This document shows, piece by piece, positions 1 to 8,660 of a stretch of 64,000 nt of DNA. The DNA lies in the NCBI GenBank assembly GCA_022601635.1, contig JAJACG010000022.1:5790-69789 (forward strand), in the 5' to 3' direction. A program made the translations under genes and the position numbers. The first letter of the stretch is position 1, and every line of letters begins with the position of its first letter. The stretch is from Chlamydiales bacterium (GTDB taxonomy: Bacteria > Chlamydiota > Chlamydiia > Chlamydiales > JAAKFR01). The notes beneath the pieces were generated by a model that saw nothing but the letters and a program-made list of their open reading frames with translations, did not search any database and was not told where the DNA came from.

Positions 1-1073
1 TGCTCAGGTAAAACCAGCTTCGGCATCAATCTAGAGAGACTTTTGAGCACATCAATTGGAGGGAAATGAGAAGCCTCTGCCAATTTGCGACTCAGATGAA
101 TGTGACCATCAAGCAGACTGCGCATCTGCTCAGGAATGGGATCTCCCCACTCCTCGTCCTCATTCAAAATGGTGTAAATCCCAGTGATCGATCCCTTTTC
201 ATTATTGCCTGCTCGCTCCAACAACTTGGGTAGATCGGCAAAAACAGAGGGCGTATAGCCGCGATTTGTTGGCGGTTCACCAATTGCCAAACCAATCTCT
301 CGTAGCGCATAGGCATAGCGAGAGACCGAGTCCATCATCAAAAGTACATGCTTGCCCTGGTCACGAAAGTACTCGGCAATCGCCATCGCCACATTGGCCC
401 CTTTGCGCCGCAAAAGCGCCGGCTGATCAGATGTAGCCACAACCACTACAGACTTTCGTAAGCCCTCTGGACCAAGATGATTGTCAACAAAATCGCGCAC
501 CTCACGACCGCGCTCACCGATCAAGGCGATCACATTAATGTCCGCCTCAGAACGCCTCGCAATCATCCCCATCAAAGAGGACTTGCCCACACCAGGTGCA
601 CTCAAAATCCCAATCCGCTGACCACGACCAATCGTCAACAGAGAATCTATCGCTTTGATCTTCGTGTAAAGCGGTTTTGCAATGGGTTCTCTTTCGAAGG
701 GAGCTGGTGGTGGTGCGGAGACTGAGTAGTGAGATTGCGGTAAGATGGGCGGTTTTCCATCGATTGGATTAGAGAGGGCGTCAAGAACGCGTCCTTGCAG
801 ATCAAAGGAGACGGGGACTTTGTGTTCTTGGTTGGTGGGGAAGACTTCACTTCCAGGAGCGATGGAGCGTACAGGACCAAGGGGCATGAGCAAAACGCGC
901 GACTCTTTGAAACCGACCACTTGGCAGGGGAGCTTTTCCCCTTTTTTGCTGATGATGTGGCAGATCTCACCGATGGAGGTGGCGGGTCCGATTGATTCGA
1001 TGAGCAGCCCGATCACTTGGATGACTCGGCCGCTGATCTTGGGTCCATTCCATTTTGAGACAGTTTCTAGCAT
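1..1073 (-). CDS. fliI: Flagellar/T3SS-type ATPase (FliI/SctN family); about the first 357 codons, with the C-terminus running off the window start
   Basis: My own minus-strand translation from the ATG at 1073 gives MLETVSKWNGPKISGRVIQV...LLTIGRGQRIGILSAPGVGKSS (Walker A)...HVLLMMDSVSRYA (Walker B)...SITGIYTIL. The frame stays open to position 1. This edge ORF is absent from the supplied ORF track. It overlaps the upstream FliH-like gene by 7 nt. Confidence 0.85.
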   Translation of the reverse strand, partial: MLETVSKWNGPKISGRVIQVIGLLIESIGPATSIGEICHIISKKGEKLPCQVVGFKESRVLLMPLGPVRSIAPGSEVFPTNQEHKVPVSFDLQGRVLDALSNPIDGKPPILPQSHYSVSAPPPAPFEREPIAKPLYTKIKAIDSLLTIGRGQRIGILSAPGVGKSSLMGMIARRSEADINVIALIGERGREVRDFVDNHLGPEGLRKSVVVVATSDQPALLRRKGANVAMAIAEYFRDQGKHVLLMMDSVSRYAYALREIGLAIGEPPTNRGYTPSVFADLPKLLERAGNNEKGSITGIYTILNEDEEWGDPIPEQMRSLLDGHIHLSRKLAEASHFPPIDVLKSLSRLMPKLVLPE

Positions 1074-1618
1074 GCCATATCTTCGAGAAGCCGTTTCACC
1101 TGACCATTGATGATCCCGCTTCTTGCCTCTATGCGGCAATCACCTGGGGCTAAGGCTTGGTCTGCCAAAAAGGTGACACCATCGATTTGCAGCAGTTCAC
1201 AATCTTGTGGCGAAACAAAGATCTTCAAAGTTTCGCCAGAAAAGGCGTTGATTGCGAGATCTAGCAGCTGCAAAACTGCTGCTGACATCACCTCAGGATC
1301 TTTGAGGCTCTGCCTGATCACCTTTTCAGCAATGATCAGAACAAGCTCGCTTATCTCTGGCTGCATCTGCTTTACAAACCGCTTTTTCTGTTCCATGAGA
1401 TTTTCGCTCAATCTTTTGACCAACAGCATCAAGGAGCCCATCTCATTTTGAGCGCGCTCATAGCCAATTCTTTCGCCCTCTTTTTTCCCACTCTCTTTTG
1501 CTTTTTGATACTCTTGAGCAAAGAGGGTTTCAAAACCTTCCTCTCTTTGCGACTCAATAAGCTCTCTTTTCTGGGTGAGAAAAAACTCCTTTTCAATCTG
1601 TGGCTGTTTGACAATCAT
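1067..1618 (-). CDS. FliH/SctL-like ATPase regulator (stator) protein
   Basis: 183-aa ORF with a charged, coiled N-terminal half (QREEGFETLFAQEYQKAKESGKKEGERIGYERAQ). It sits between the FliF-like and FliI-like genes with 4-nt and 7-nt overlaps. The call rests mostly on context and size. Confidence 0.5.
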   Translation of the reverse strand: MIVKQPQIEKEFFLTQKRELIESQREEGFETLFAQEYQKAKESGKKEGERIGYERAQNEMGSLMLLVKRLSENLMEQKKRFVKQMQPEISELVLIIAEKVIRQSLKDPEVMSAAVLQLLDLAINAFSGETLKIFVSPQDCELLQIDGVTFLADQALAPGDCRIEARSGIINGQVKRLLEDMAC

Positions 1619-2751
1619 AGCTCATCCTTTTCAAGTTCTGCCAGATGCAGTAGTAGCTCCTCTTGATATTCGGGGGGGAAAGAAGCGACCATCTCTTCCG
1701 CTTTTTGAGGCTCCATGTAGGAGAGCATCCAGGCGACTACTTCTGGCTCTTCATCGCGCAAACTTGAGGCTAAAACGCCCATGTCCACCTCTGTTGCCAT
1801 CTTCATTAGCTTTCGTTCTTTGCGCTTGCGCACAAAGGGGAAGGCGACAGCAATAGCAATAGCTGCCATACCCAAGAAGAAAATGAGATTGAGCATTCCA
1901 AATGATTTGGCACTTTTAGTGGTGGCCAATTTGAATGGAACGGGGTGGAGGCGCACGTCACCAAAGATGGTAACCGCCTTTTCAATTTGCGGTAGATCGG
2001 GCACCATATGGTCGACAAAAATCTCATTACCCTCGATCAAAAAGTGCTCGCTACCCACCATCTTTTCTAGCAGATTGATCACCTGGTCGAGACGCTGCTG
2101 CTCTTCGATCAGCTCATTTTTGTCACCATCGATCGCTTGATAGAGTCGTCCTGAGGTGTCAGAGATAGCGACCATTGAGGATTCAAGACCGCGCACAGCA
2201 CCTGCTAGGTGGGAGGTGATAGCGCGCAGCTGAGAGGAGCCTAACCGAGCACCAGGCATGAGAGTCAAAATCACAGAGGCTTTAGTCTGATACTGCTGAC
2301 CGCCAAACTTGCGTGCTGGAGCGAGATCCAAAATGACACGCGCACTTTTGATGCTTTCAAAGTGGGTGAGATCACGCTCAAGCTGCCCTTTCAAAGCGCG
2401 CATCTCCAACACTTGCAACTCCTTCTCTCCTTTGATCCAAGTGTTAGAGTCAAAGAGCTCAAAGCCCTTCTCTTCCTTCAAAAAGGCGAGCTCATCTCTT
2501 AATGAATCTGCTTGACTTCCAGAGACAAGAAGGGCGCCTCCCTTTTCCTTGTAGGGAACGCCTGCACTTTCCAAATAGCGTTTGACCTGCTTCTCATCGG
2601 AAGAGGCGATGCGGCGGTACTGCCCGCCAGACTTGATGAGGACAAAACCGAGGATTGTACCGAGCGTAATGACCACTGCTAAGAGGGTGACCTTCTGCAA
2701 AGGTTTGATGCCGTGCCAAATAGAGTAGAATTGACGCAATAGTTCTCTCAT
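1615..2751 (-). CDS. fliF: FliF/SctJ-family membrane-ring protein with an acidic helical C-terminal extension
   Basis: 378 aa. It has an N-terminal TM (VTLLAVVITLGTILGFVLI) and a YscJ/FliF-like ring segment (SARVILDLAPARKFGGQQYQTKASVILTLMPGARLGSSQL). A second TM (LIFFLGMAAIAIAVAFPFV) is followed by the tail EEPEVVAWMLSYMEPQKAEEMVASFPPEYQEELLLHLAELEKDEL. Confidence 0.7.
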   Translation of the reverse strand: MRELLRQFYSIWHGIKPLQKVTLLAVVITLGTILGFVLIKSGGQYRRIASSDEKQVKRYLESAGVPYKEKGGALLVSGSQADSLRDELAFLKEEKGFELFDSNTWIKGEKELQVLEMRALKGQLERDLTHFESIKSARVILDLAPARKFGGQQYQTKASVILTLMPGARLGSSQLRAITSHLAGAVRGLESSMVAISDTSGRLYQAIDGDKNELIEEQQRLDQVINLLEKMVGSEHFLIEGNEIFVDHMVPDLPQIEKAVTIFGDVRLHPVPFKLATTKSAKSFGMLNLIFFLGMAAIAIAVAFPFVRKRKERKLMKMATEVDMGVLASSLRDEEPEVVAWMLSYMEPQKAEEMVASFPPEYQEELLLHLAELEKDEL

Positions 2752-2775
2752 ATATATATTAGTTACCTTAGTTTG

Positions 2776-3780
2776 ATGAAAAAGTCTATTACCATCCCAT
2801 ATAATGAGGTCCTACCAACGGGCCGAGCGCACGATGTCTTTTTGTTTCAAGAGGCTGCTGCATTATCAAAAGAGTTTGACGTGACCCTGTTATGCGGCAA
2901 AGGGAGTGCTTCTGACAAGGAGCTCTTTGCTCATTACAACACGGAGCCGTTCAAAATCAAGCGATTGCCGATTGTACGTAAAAACAATCCCCTTAATTTG
3001 AGTTGGAATCGGCCCTTCTTCCACTTTTGTCAAAAAGAGTTGCGGGGAACAGTGATTTTAAGTGTGCTGAAACAGGCGGCTTATCATCTGAGGCGGAAAA
3101 AAGCGGATTGCCACTACGTTTATGAGGTGCATCAGCTGACAGCCTATGATGGGAAGGTTTCATCTATGGAGCAGGAGGTCTTTGACCGAGCCGATCAAAT
3201 CTTGGTAACGACAAAGCAGCTTAAAAACTGCATTAAAACGAAGACAGCGGTTGATGTGGTGCCGCTTGCAGTGAATCGCAAAAAGTTGCCTCCTATTGAA
3301 AAGAGTGAGCCCTTTGTATTGACCTATGTAGGACAGCTTTACAAGGCCCAGGGTGTTGAGGAGCTTCTCAAGTGTGCGAGGGGAGTGGAGCTTCGCATTG
3401 TGGGGGGTCGTCCGCAGGAGATTGAGAGGTTGCGGGGGCTCAATCCGGCAGCGAAGTTTTATGGTTATGTGGCGCCGAGTGAGTTGGAGGAGATCGTGAG
3501 TGATAGTCATGCATTTGTGGCGCCGTTTGAGTTGTCTGGTCGAATGCCATATGTAGCGCATACGAAATTGCATGAGTATTCGGCGTGGGGCAGGCCATTT
3601 ATAGCGCCTGATGCTGCAGTAGTTCGAGATGAATTTTCGAAGGGTGTCTATTTTTACAAGCCGGGCGAGTTACGCAGTACGATTGATCGTTTGGTTAATG
3701 ACTATAGTCTCTGTGAGATGCCAAGCTACAGCTGGTCGGAGCGGAAAGATCAAATGATGGAATGTCTACAAAAAAACTAG
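2776..3780 (+). CDS. Glycosyltransferase, GT4-like (GT-B fold)
   Basis: 335-aa ORF; the track starts it at TTG 2773, and an ATG follows at 2776. The C-terminal part (VGGRPQE...YGYVAPSELEEIV...FVAPFELSGRMPYVAHTKLHEYSAWGRPFIAPD) resembles the GT4 nucleotide-sugar-binding half. Confidence 0.6.
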   Translation: MKKSITIPYNEVLPTGRAHDVFLFQEAAALSKEFDVTLLCGKGSASDKELFAHYNTEPFKIKRLPIVRKNNPLNLSWNRPFFHFCQKELRGTVILSVLKQAAYHLRRKKADCHYVYEVHQLTAYDGKVSSMEQEVFDRADQILVTTKQLKNCIKTKTAVDVVPLAVNRKKLPPIEKSEPFVLTYVGQLYKAQGVEELLKCARGVELRIVGGRPQEIERLRGLNPAAKFYGYVAPSELEEIVSDSHAFVAPFELSGRMPYVAHTKLHEYSAWGRPFIAPDAAVVRDEFSKGVYFYKPGELRSTIDRLVNDYSLCEMPSYSWSERKDQMMECLQKN

Positions 3781-3834
3781 TTTAAATTTGCTCTTATTGC
3801 TATTCCAAGAGTTGAATATCATTGGGAGCGATAG

Positions 3835-5658
3835 TTGACAGAGGCAAAAAGCAAAAATTCGATAGCTCACTTTTTTCATGACGTGGTGCGCTTGTTTTCT
3901 ATTGGAAACAGACGGGAGAATGGCATCTGTTTTTCTATAGTTATGGTTCTCAATATCCTTTTGGGGTTGATGGAAGGAGCATCTTACTACTTGTTCCTAC
4001 TAGGAATCACAAAGGCAGCGGGTTCTACTCAACTTATCGAGCCCCTGCTCCTACAAAAATTTAATTTGGGCTTACCAGCATATATTATGTTTGCTCTGGT
4101 TCTTCAATTTAGTCGTAGTGGGATTTTGTTTATAGCCAACAAACAGCAAAATCTATTCACCGAAAAAATATTGCTTCACTTACTGAATCAACTAAATAGG
4201 AAAATACTTTCACTCCCCTTTTCCAAGATCATCGAATATCGAACAGGTGTACTTACAAGTATTGTAGCATCCACTCCGTCAACACTTACTCAAATTGTAC
4301 AGAATTATAGTGTTCTACTTGTAAATATTTCTCTTATCGCGGGAATAATTTATTTACTTTTATCTACTTCCGCTACCTTATTTTTCTCTATATTTGCTGC
4401 TTACCTATTTATCTTCGCAATCCAGAGATTAGTTGGAAAAAAGATTGTTCAAGCAACATTTGAAGGAATGCAACAAACACATCTACAAACCTCTGAACTG
4501 GTAGAAAAAGTATCTGCATTGAGATTGATACATACTTATAATCTTCATAACTCTACGGCGAATCAACTCGCCAGTATTTCAAGGAAAATCTACAAGCTTG
4601 CAGCAAAGCAATCTGTACTACATTGCATTCAACAAATCATTTCTGAAAGTTCAGCAACCATTTTAGTAGGATGCAGTTTAATATGTTCACTTTTTCTATT
4701 TCGTGATAACCTGGCTCAAAACCTCCCTATAGTCATTACCTTTATCGGTCTTGTTTATAGGCTATCATCTAAGGCCACAGATTCTGTTTCAATAATTTCT
4801 ACTGCCTCTTCTAACAACGCTATACTTGATCTTGGTTTTAACCTGCTTGCTGAAAAAAGTACTCCTATTTATGAGGGAGTACCTGACTGTTTACTGACAC
4901 CAGAATCAAATGTTTCTCTCAAAAATATTACATTTCAATACCCAAAGTGTCAGCAACAAGTTCTCAACAAAGTTTCTTTAGAGATTCCTACTGGAAAATC
5001 GATCGCTATCGTAGGTGAATCTGGTGCCGGTAAATCAACAATATTAGATCTCCTATCAGGCCTCTACCAACCAACAATCGGTTCTATTCAAGTGGATGGT
5101 CAAGAATTAATAGAAGCAGACTTCTTCGCTTTACGAGAACAGATGGGTGTAGTCTCACAAGAGCCTCAAATTTTTCTTGGAACAATTAAGCAAAACATCA
5201 TGATGACTAAGCCAGATGCAACTGATGAGCAGTTTGAACAAGCTTGTCAGAGTGCTAAGGTATCTCACTTTGCTAAAGAGTTACCTGATAGCTACCAGAC
5301 CGTGGTTGGTGAACGTGGCCATCGTCTCTCTGGAGGAGAAAAGCAGCGCATTGCTTTGGCAAGAGCGCTTATTCGCAAGCCTACACTGCTGGTCTTAGAT
5401 GAAGCTACTAGCCATCTAGACACTCTCTCTGAGTGGCATATTCGGGATTCTATTGAAAAGCTACAGGGCAAGATGACAATGGTTATCGTTGCTCACCGCT
5501 TACCTACTATTATGCATGCAGATAAGATTTATGTCCTCGCAGATGGGAAGCTGAAGGAGAGTGGAACTCATCAAGAGTTACTCGATCTAAACGGCTCCTA
5601 CGCAAGAATGTGGAGGCATCAAAAATATGCACCTCAAGAAGTTGATAGCTTTGCATAG
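3835..5658 (+). CDS. ABC exporter, fused permease plus ATPase (MsbA/ABCB-type half transporter)
   Basis: 607 aa. The N-terminal half is hydrophobic with multiple TM segments. The NBD carries Walker A GESGAGKST, signature LSGGEKQRIALARAL, Walker B LLVLDEATSHLD and H-loop VIVAHRL. The start is TTG, with GGGAG 6 nt upstream. Confidence 0.85.
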   Translation: MTEAKSKNSIAHFFHDVVRLFSIGNRRENGICFSIVMVLNILLGLMEGASYYLFLLGITKAAGSTQLIEPLLLQKFNLGLPAYIMFALVLQFSRSGILFIANKQQNLFTEKILLHLLNQLNRKILSLPFSKIIEYRTGVLTSIVASTPSTLTQIVQNYSVLLVNISLIAGIIYLLLSTSATLFFSIFAAYLFIFAIQRLVGKKIVQATFEGMQQTHLQTSELVEKVSALRLIHTYNLHNSTANQLASISRKIYKLAAKQSVLHCIQQIISESSATILVGCSLICSLFLFRDNLAQNLPIVITFIGLVYRLSSKATDSVSIISTASSNNAILDLGFNLLAEKSTPIYEGVPDCLLTPESNVSLKNITFQYPKCQQQVLNKVSLEIPTGKSIAIVGESGAGKSTILDLLSGLYQPTIGSIQVDGQELIEADFFALREQMGVVSQEPQIFLGTIKQNIMMTKPDATDEQFEQACQSAKVSHFAKELPDSYQTVVGERGHRLSGGEKQRIALARALIRKPTLLVLDEATSHLDTLSEWHIRDSIEKLQGKMTMVIVAHRLPTIMHADKIYVLADGKLKESGTHQELLDLNGSYARMWRHQKYAPQEVDSFA

Positions 5659-5722
5659 ACGCATCTTCAGATAGGCCATTGTACTTTCACTTAATCCCTT
5701 AGTGTATCTACTTTCTTTTACT

Positions 5723-6547
5723 CTGCTTGCTGATTTCAAAGCCATCTATACGAGGAATATGTGTAAATCAGGACTCACTTCAGAGAACACGTCTTCGATA
5801 AAACTCCTGTAGGAGGAGGGACAAACTCTTTTGGGGATTTTGTTGTAAGTTGATCGATCTCGAGCAGTGGCAGTATATATGCATTGGGCAAGCAAGAAAA
5901 AGGTCTAATCGTGCAAAATCAGCCAAAAGGCTTCTCAAGTCTGACTTATTCAACAACGCCCTAGACAAAAAAAATCTATGTTCTACTATACACACTTTCG
6001 AAACTCTTACCTGAAAAAATCAATGTCTCGAGCCACACGATTATATTGTGCTATACCAAAGCAACTAAAAACCTTTGCTCATAACTATTGCAGAAGCTGC
6101 GCTCTTGTAACCGAAGATCAATTTCAAAAAGCAGTCCGAGTGAACAACTATGTTCAATATCTCTCAGATAGATATGAAACTTCAGTGGGTGCGCGGAGCC
6201 ACATGCTGTCTGGGGGTGAGAAACAGAGAATCTCTCCTACACAAGCACTTAGTAGTATCCCCGATCTCCTAATACTTGATGAAGTGATCAGCCATCCCAA
6301 TCCTCCTTCTGAGTGGTATATAAGAGATTTCGCTGAAAAGCTTCAGGAAGAGACTACGACCTTAATCGTTGCTCATAAACCCACCTCTATTCTATGTACC
6401 GATACAATCGATATTCTTGCAAAAGGTAAAATCACAGAAGTAAACCCTCATAAGAAGTTCATAGAGCTCAACAACTCTTACACCCGTATGTGGAACTACC
6501 AGAAATACCAACTACCAAAAGAAATCAGAACTAATTATGCTACATAA
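5723..6547 (+). pseudogene. Decayed copy of the ATPase (NBD) half of the upstream ABC exporter
   Basis: A single reading frame from 5723 aligns colinearly with the exporter from LLAEKSTPIYEG onward: LLADFKAIYTR...LTSENTSSIKLL*...VDRSRAVAVYMHWASKKKV*...LSGGEKQRISPTQAL...LLILDEVISH...LIVAHKP...SYTRMWNYQKY. There are four in-frame stops (5810, 5846, 5906, 5942). Walker A is destroyed and no TM half is present. Track ORF 5978..6547 is only the open tail of this frame. Confidence 0.8.
5916..5962. repeat. Short relic motif shared with 34593..34622
   Basis: AAATCAGCCA (5916-5925) plus GACTTATTCAACAACGCCCT (5943-5962) matches 34593-34622 (AAATCAGCCAGCCTTATTCAACAACGCCCT). That is 29/30 identity once a 17-nt insertion in this copy is removed. 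This copy lies inside the ABC pseudogene. Confidence 0.7.
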
Positions 6548-7781
6548 TCTCTACAAAGCCCTTCAATTTCTACTCACACCCCTTGCCTACTGCTTGCGCT
6601 TATGCAGGATTGAGACACTCTCAATGCCCTACCAAGCGATTGGTCACCTTATCTTTGAACCATTTGTTCTACTGATGGAACAAAAAGTTCATAGCCAAAA
6701 GAAACACACTATCTTAATTCCACCACCACCCTACATCTTTGCTACAGAAAATACGAATCGATCTGGTATTGCAAATAGCTATGTACTCTCGCTATGGAGA
6801 CAGCACTTTGCTGTCATTGACAACTACTATTTAGTGTGCATTTTAGCTCCATTACTTTATCACCCCAAGCTAGTCAAATTTCTTGATCACTATTTGACAC
6901 CACATCACCCTGCGGGCCTACCTCGATATGGATCTGCATCTGAGCTCTACAATAAATACATGAAAGGTATCTCTAAAAAGTCAGTCCTAGAAATTCCCCC
7001 TAAAGATCTTGAAAAAGGTTACTCGATTTTGAAAAAACTAGGGGTTGAGAAGGGCGAAAAATTTATCTGTTTCTTTCAACGTGACAACGCCTATTACACT
7101 TTGGAACCGCAAAAAATTCGCACAGGCAGTATTGCAACACTTGAAATGGGGCTCGCTGAAGCGATCAAACGAGGCTATTGGTGCATCAGACTCTCTGCAA
7201 AGTGTGATCCCTTGCCTGAGAACTTAAAAAATTACTCAAAGATTATTGACTATCCTCATACCAAGTTTAGAAGCGATTTCATGGATGTCTTCTTGATCTC
7301 GGAATGCTCCCTCTTTATTGGTGCCAATAGCGGCCTCAACTTTCTCCCTGTTATGTTTGATACTCCAAGCGCTCTAGTCAATGTGAGTCCATTTGGCTGG
7401 AGAAATTTTCGCCCAATTGATCGCTCCATCTTTAAGCTTCTAAAAAATGTAAAAACTGGGCAGCTTTGTGATTTCCGCTACTGCATGCATAGCGCTCAAG
7501 TACAGAGAAATAATGATATGTATGCAACGAGCATGGGCATTGAATGGATTAATAACTCTCCTGAAGAGATTCGCGATTTTATGGTAGAAATGCTAGACAA
7601 TGTAGAAGAGAGTGCGGAGGATTTGCAACTACAAAATGCTTTTAAAGCTCTCGACCATAAGCTGCATCTGCAATACAACTATCAAGGACGTATCGGCATC
7701 TCATACTTGCGAAAGTACAAAGATCTACTCTTAGAGGGGAATCCGATCCCCTTGCATCGGGAAGATGAATTGAATGTCTAA
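6537..7781 (+). CDS. Putative glycosyltransferase, paralog family copy A (GT-B/GT9-like C-terminal half; possibly TIGR04372-type)
   Basis: 414 aa, colinear with the ORFs at 34678 and 50855. Shared blocks are AIGHL..EP, GIAN..L..LWRQ.F.VID, ICFFQRDN.YY, GYWCIR, and IDYPHT.F.SDFMD.FL...CS.F.G.NSG.N..P..F..P..LVNV.PFG. The last block resembles the heptosyltransferase-type donor-binding region. The start overlaps the pseudogene stop by 11 nt. The C-terminus reads 16 codons beyond the family end (..KYKDLL) into the antisense strand of the PDE gene. Confidence 0.55.
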   Translation: MLHNLYKALQFLLTPLAYCLRLCRIETLSMPYQAIGHLIFEPFVLLMEQKVHSQKKHTILIPPPPYIFATENTNRSGIANSYVLSLWRQHFAVIDNYYLVCILAPLLYHPKLVKFLDHYLTPHHPAGLPRYGSASELYNKYMKGISKKSVLEIPPKDLEKGYSILKKLGVEKGEKFICFFQRDNAYYTLEPQKIRTGSIATLEMGLAEAIKRGYWCIRLSAKCDPLPENLKNYSKIIDYPHTKFRSDFMDVFLISECSLFIGANSGLNFLPVMFDTPSALVNVSPFGWRNFRPIDRSIFKLLKNVKTGQLCDFRYCMHSAQVQRNNDMYATSMGIEWINNSPEEIRDFMVEMLDNVEESAEDLQLQNAFKALDHKLHLQYNYQGRIGISYLRKYKDLLLEGNPIPLHREDELNV

Positions 7782-8660
7782 GGTATTCGCCGCGCGGATC
7801 TGATCCGCTATCTGAGCAACCGCACTCTGCCTGAGCAGCGACTCTTTGCGATGCGTCACAATCACCTTCAACTCCGCAAGTGAACCACCCACCTCTTCCT
7901 GCAGTACATGCATCTCCTGCATCAAAAGCTGCGGGTTGAGATGGCCATAAACCACCTGTGCCGAATCAGCATCAGGCACCGAACACTCCAATAACATCCC
8001 ATGAAACTTCCCCTCACGAATTAGCGGTGCTATACGCTTCCATACATGAATCAAGTGCTTTTCAGATTCCAAAGCATCTGGTGAAGTATCCCCAAAATAG
8101 AGCAAATACTCCTCCTTATACTCGAAGAGAAAAGCTGTCGAGGCATATTCATGCGGATGCGCCAATTTATGACACTCAACCTTAAAAGAGAGATTGGGAA
8201 GATCCACCATCTGATGCAGCGGCAGATGCACATAGTCATACTGCCTAATCATCGGCTCAGCGCCCTCATTTGCATAATTGGGCCAGATCACATTATTGAA
8301 GATATGTGCCTTCAAATCCTCAATCGTTTTGTCCGTACCAGCAATGAATTTATGCGCGCCATCCACCTGAGAGTTGATCACAAGCGCTGAGATATGGTCT
8401 AAATGGGCATGCGAGATGAAGTAGCCTTTGATCTTCTTCAAAAAAACCTCGCCCACATCAGTCAAGGCGCCGTCAGGACATTCAAAATCCTTCAAATTGC
8501 CCCGCTCATCTGCCACAATGATTCCGTTGATCAGCGTCCCCGCATCAACAATGAAAGATTCATCGGGATTGTCAATCGGGTAGAACATGTAACCAGAGAT
8601 ATCGCTCTCACGCGGCCCCCCAGTCACACCCAAGGTCAAGACATTAAATTTTGGCTCCAT
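7731..8660 (-). CDS. Class II 3',5'-cyclic-nucleotide phosphodiesterase (metallo-beta-lactamase fold)
   Basis: 309 aa. The motif [16 protein letters not shown] nearly matches the class II PDE signature H-x-H-L-D-H-[LIVM]-x-[GS]-[LIVMA]-[LIVM]2-x-S-[AP]. The N-terminus is [21 protein letters not shown]. Confidence 0.65.
   Translation of the reverse strand: MEPKFNVLTLGVTGGPRESDISGYMFYPIDNPDESFIVDAGTLINGIIVADERGNLKDFECPDGALTDVGEVFLKKIKGYFISHAHLDHISALVINSQVDGAHKFIAGTDKTIEDLKAHIFNNVIWPNYANEGAEPMIRQYDYVHLPLHQMVDLPNLSFKVECHKLAHPHEYASTAFLFEYKEEYLLYFGDTSPDALESEKHLIHVWKRIAPLIREGKFHGMLLECSVPDADSAQVVYGHLNPQLLMQEMHVLQEEVGGSLAELKVIVTHRKESLLRQSAVAQIADQIRAANTLDIQFIFPMQGDRIPL

Noticed and set aside
5780-5995. 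71-aa minus-strand ORF in the region between the ABC exporter and ORF 5978.
   Set aside because: It lies antisense to the decayed NBD pseudogene and has no motifs or translation signals.
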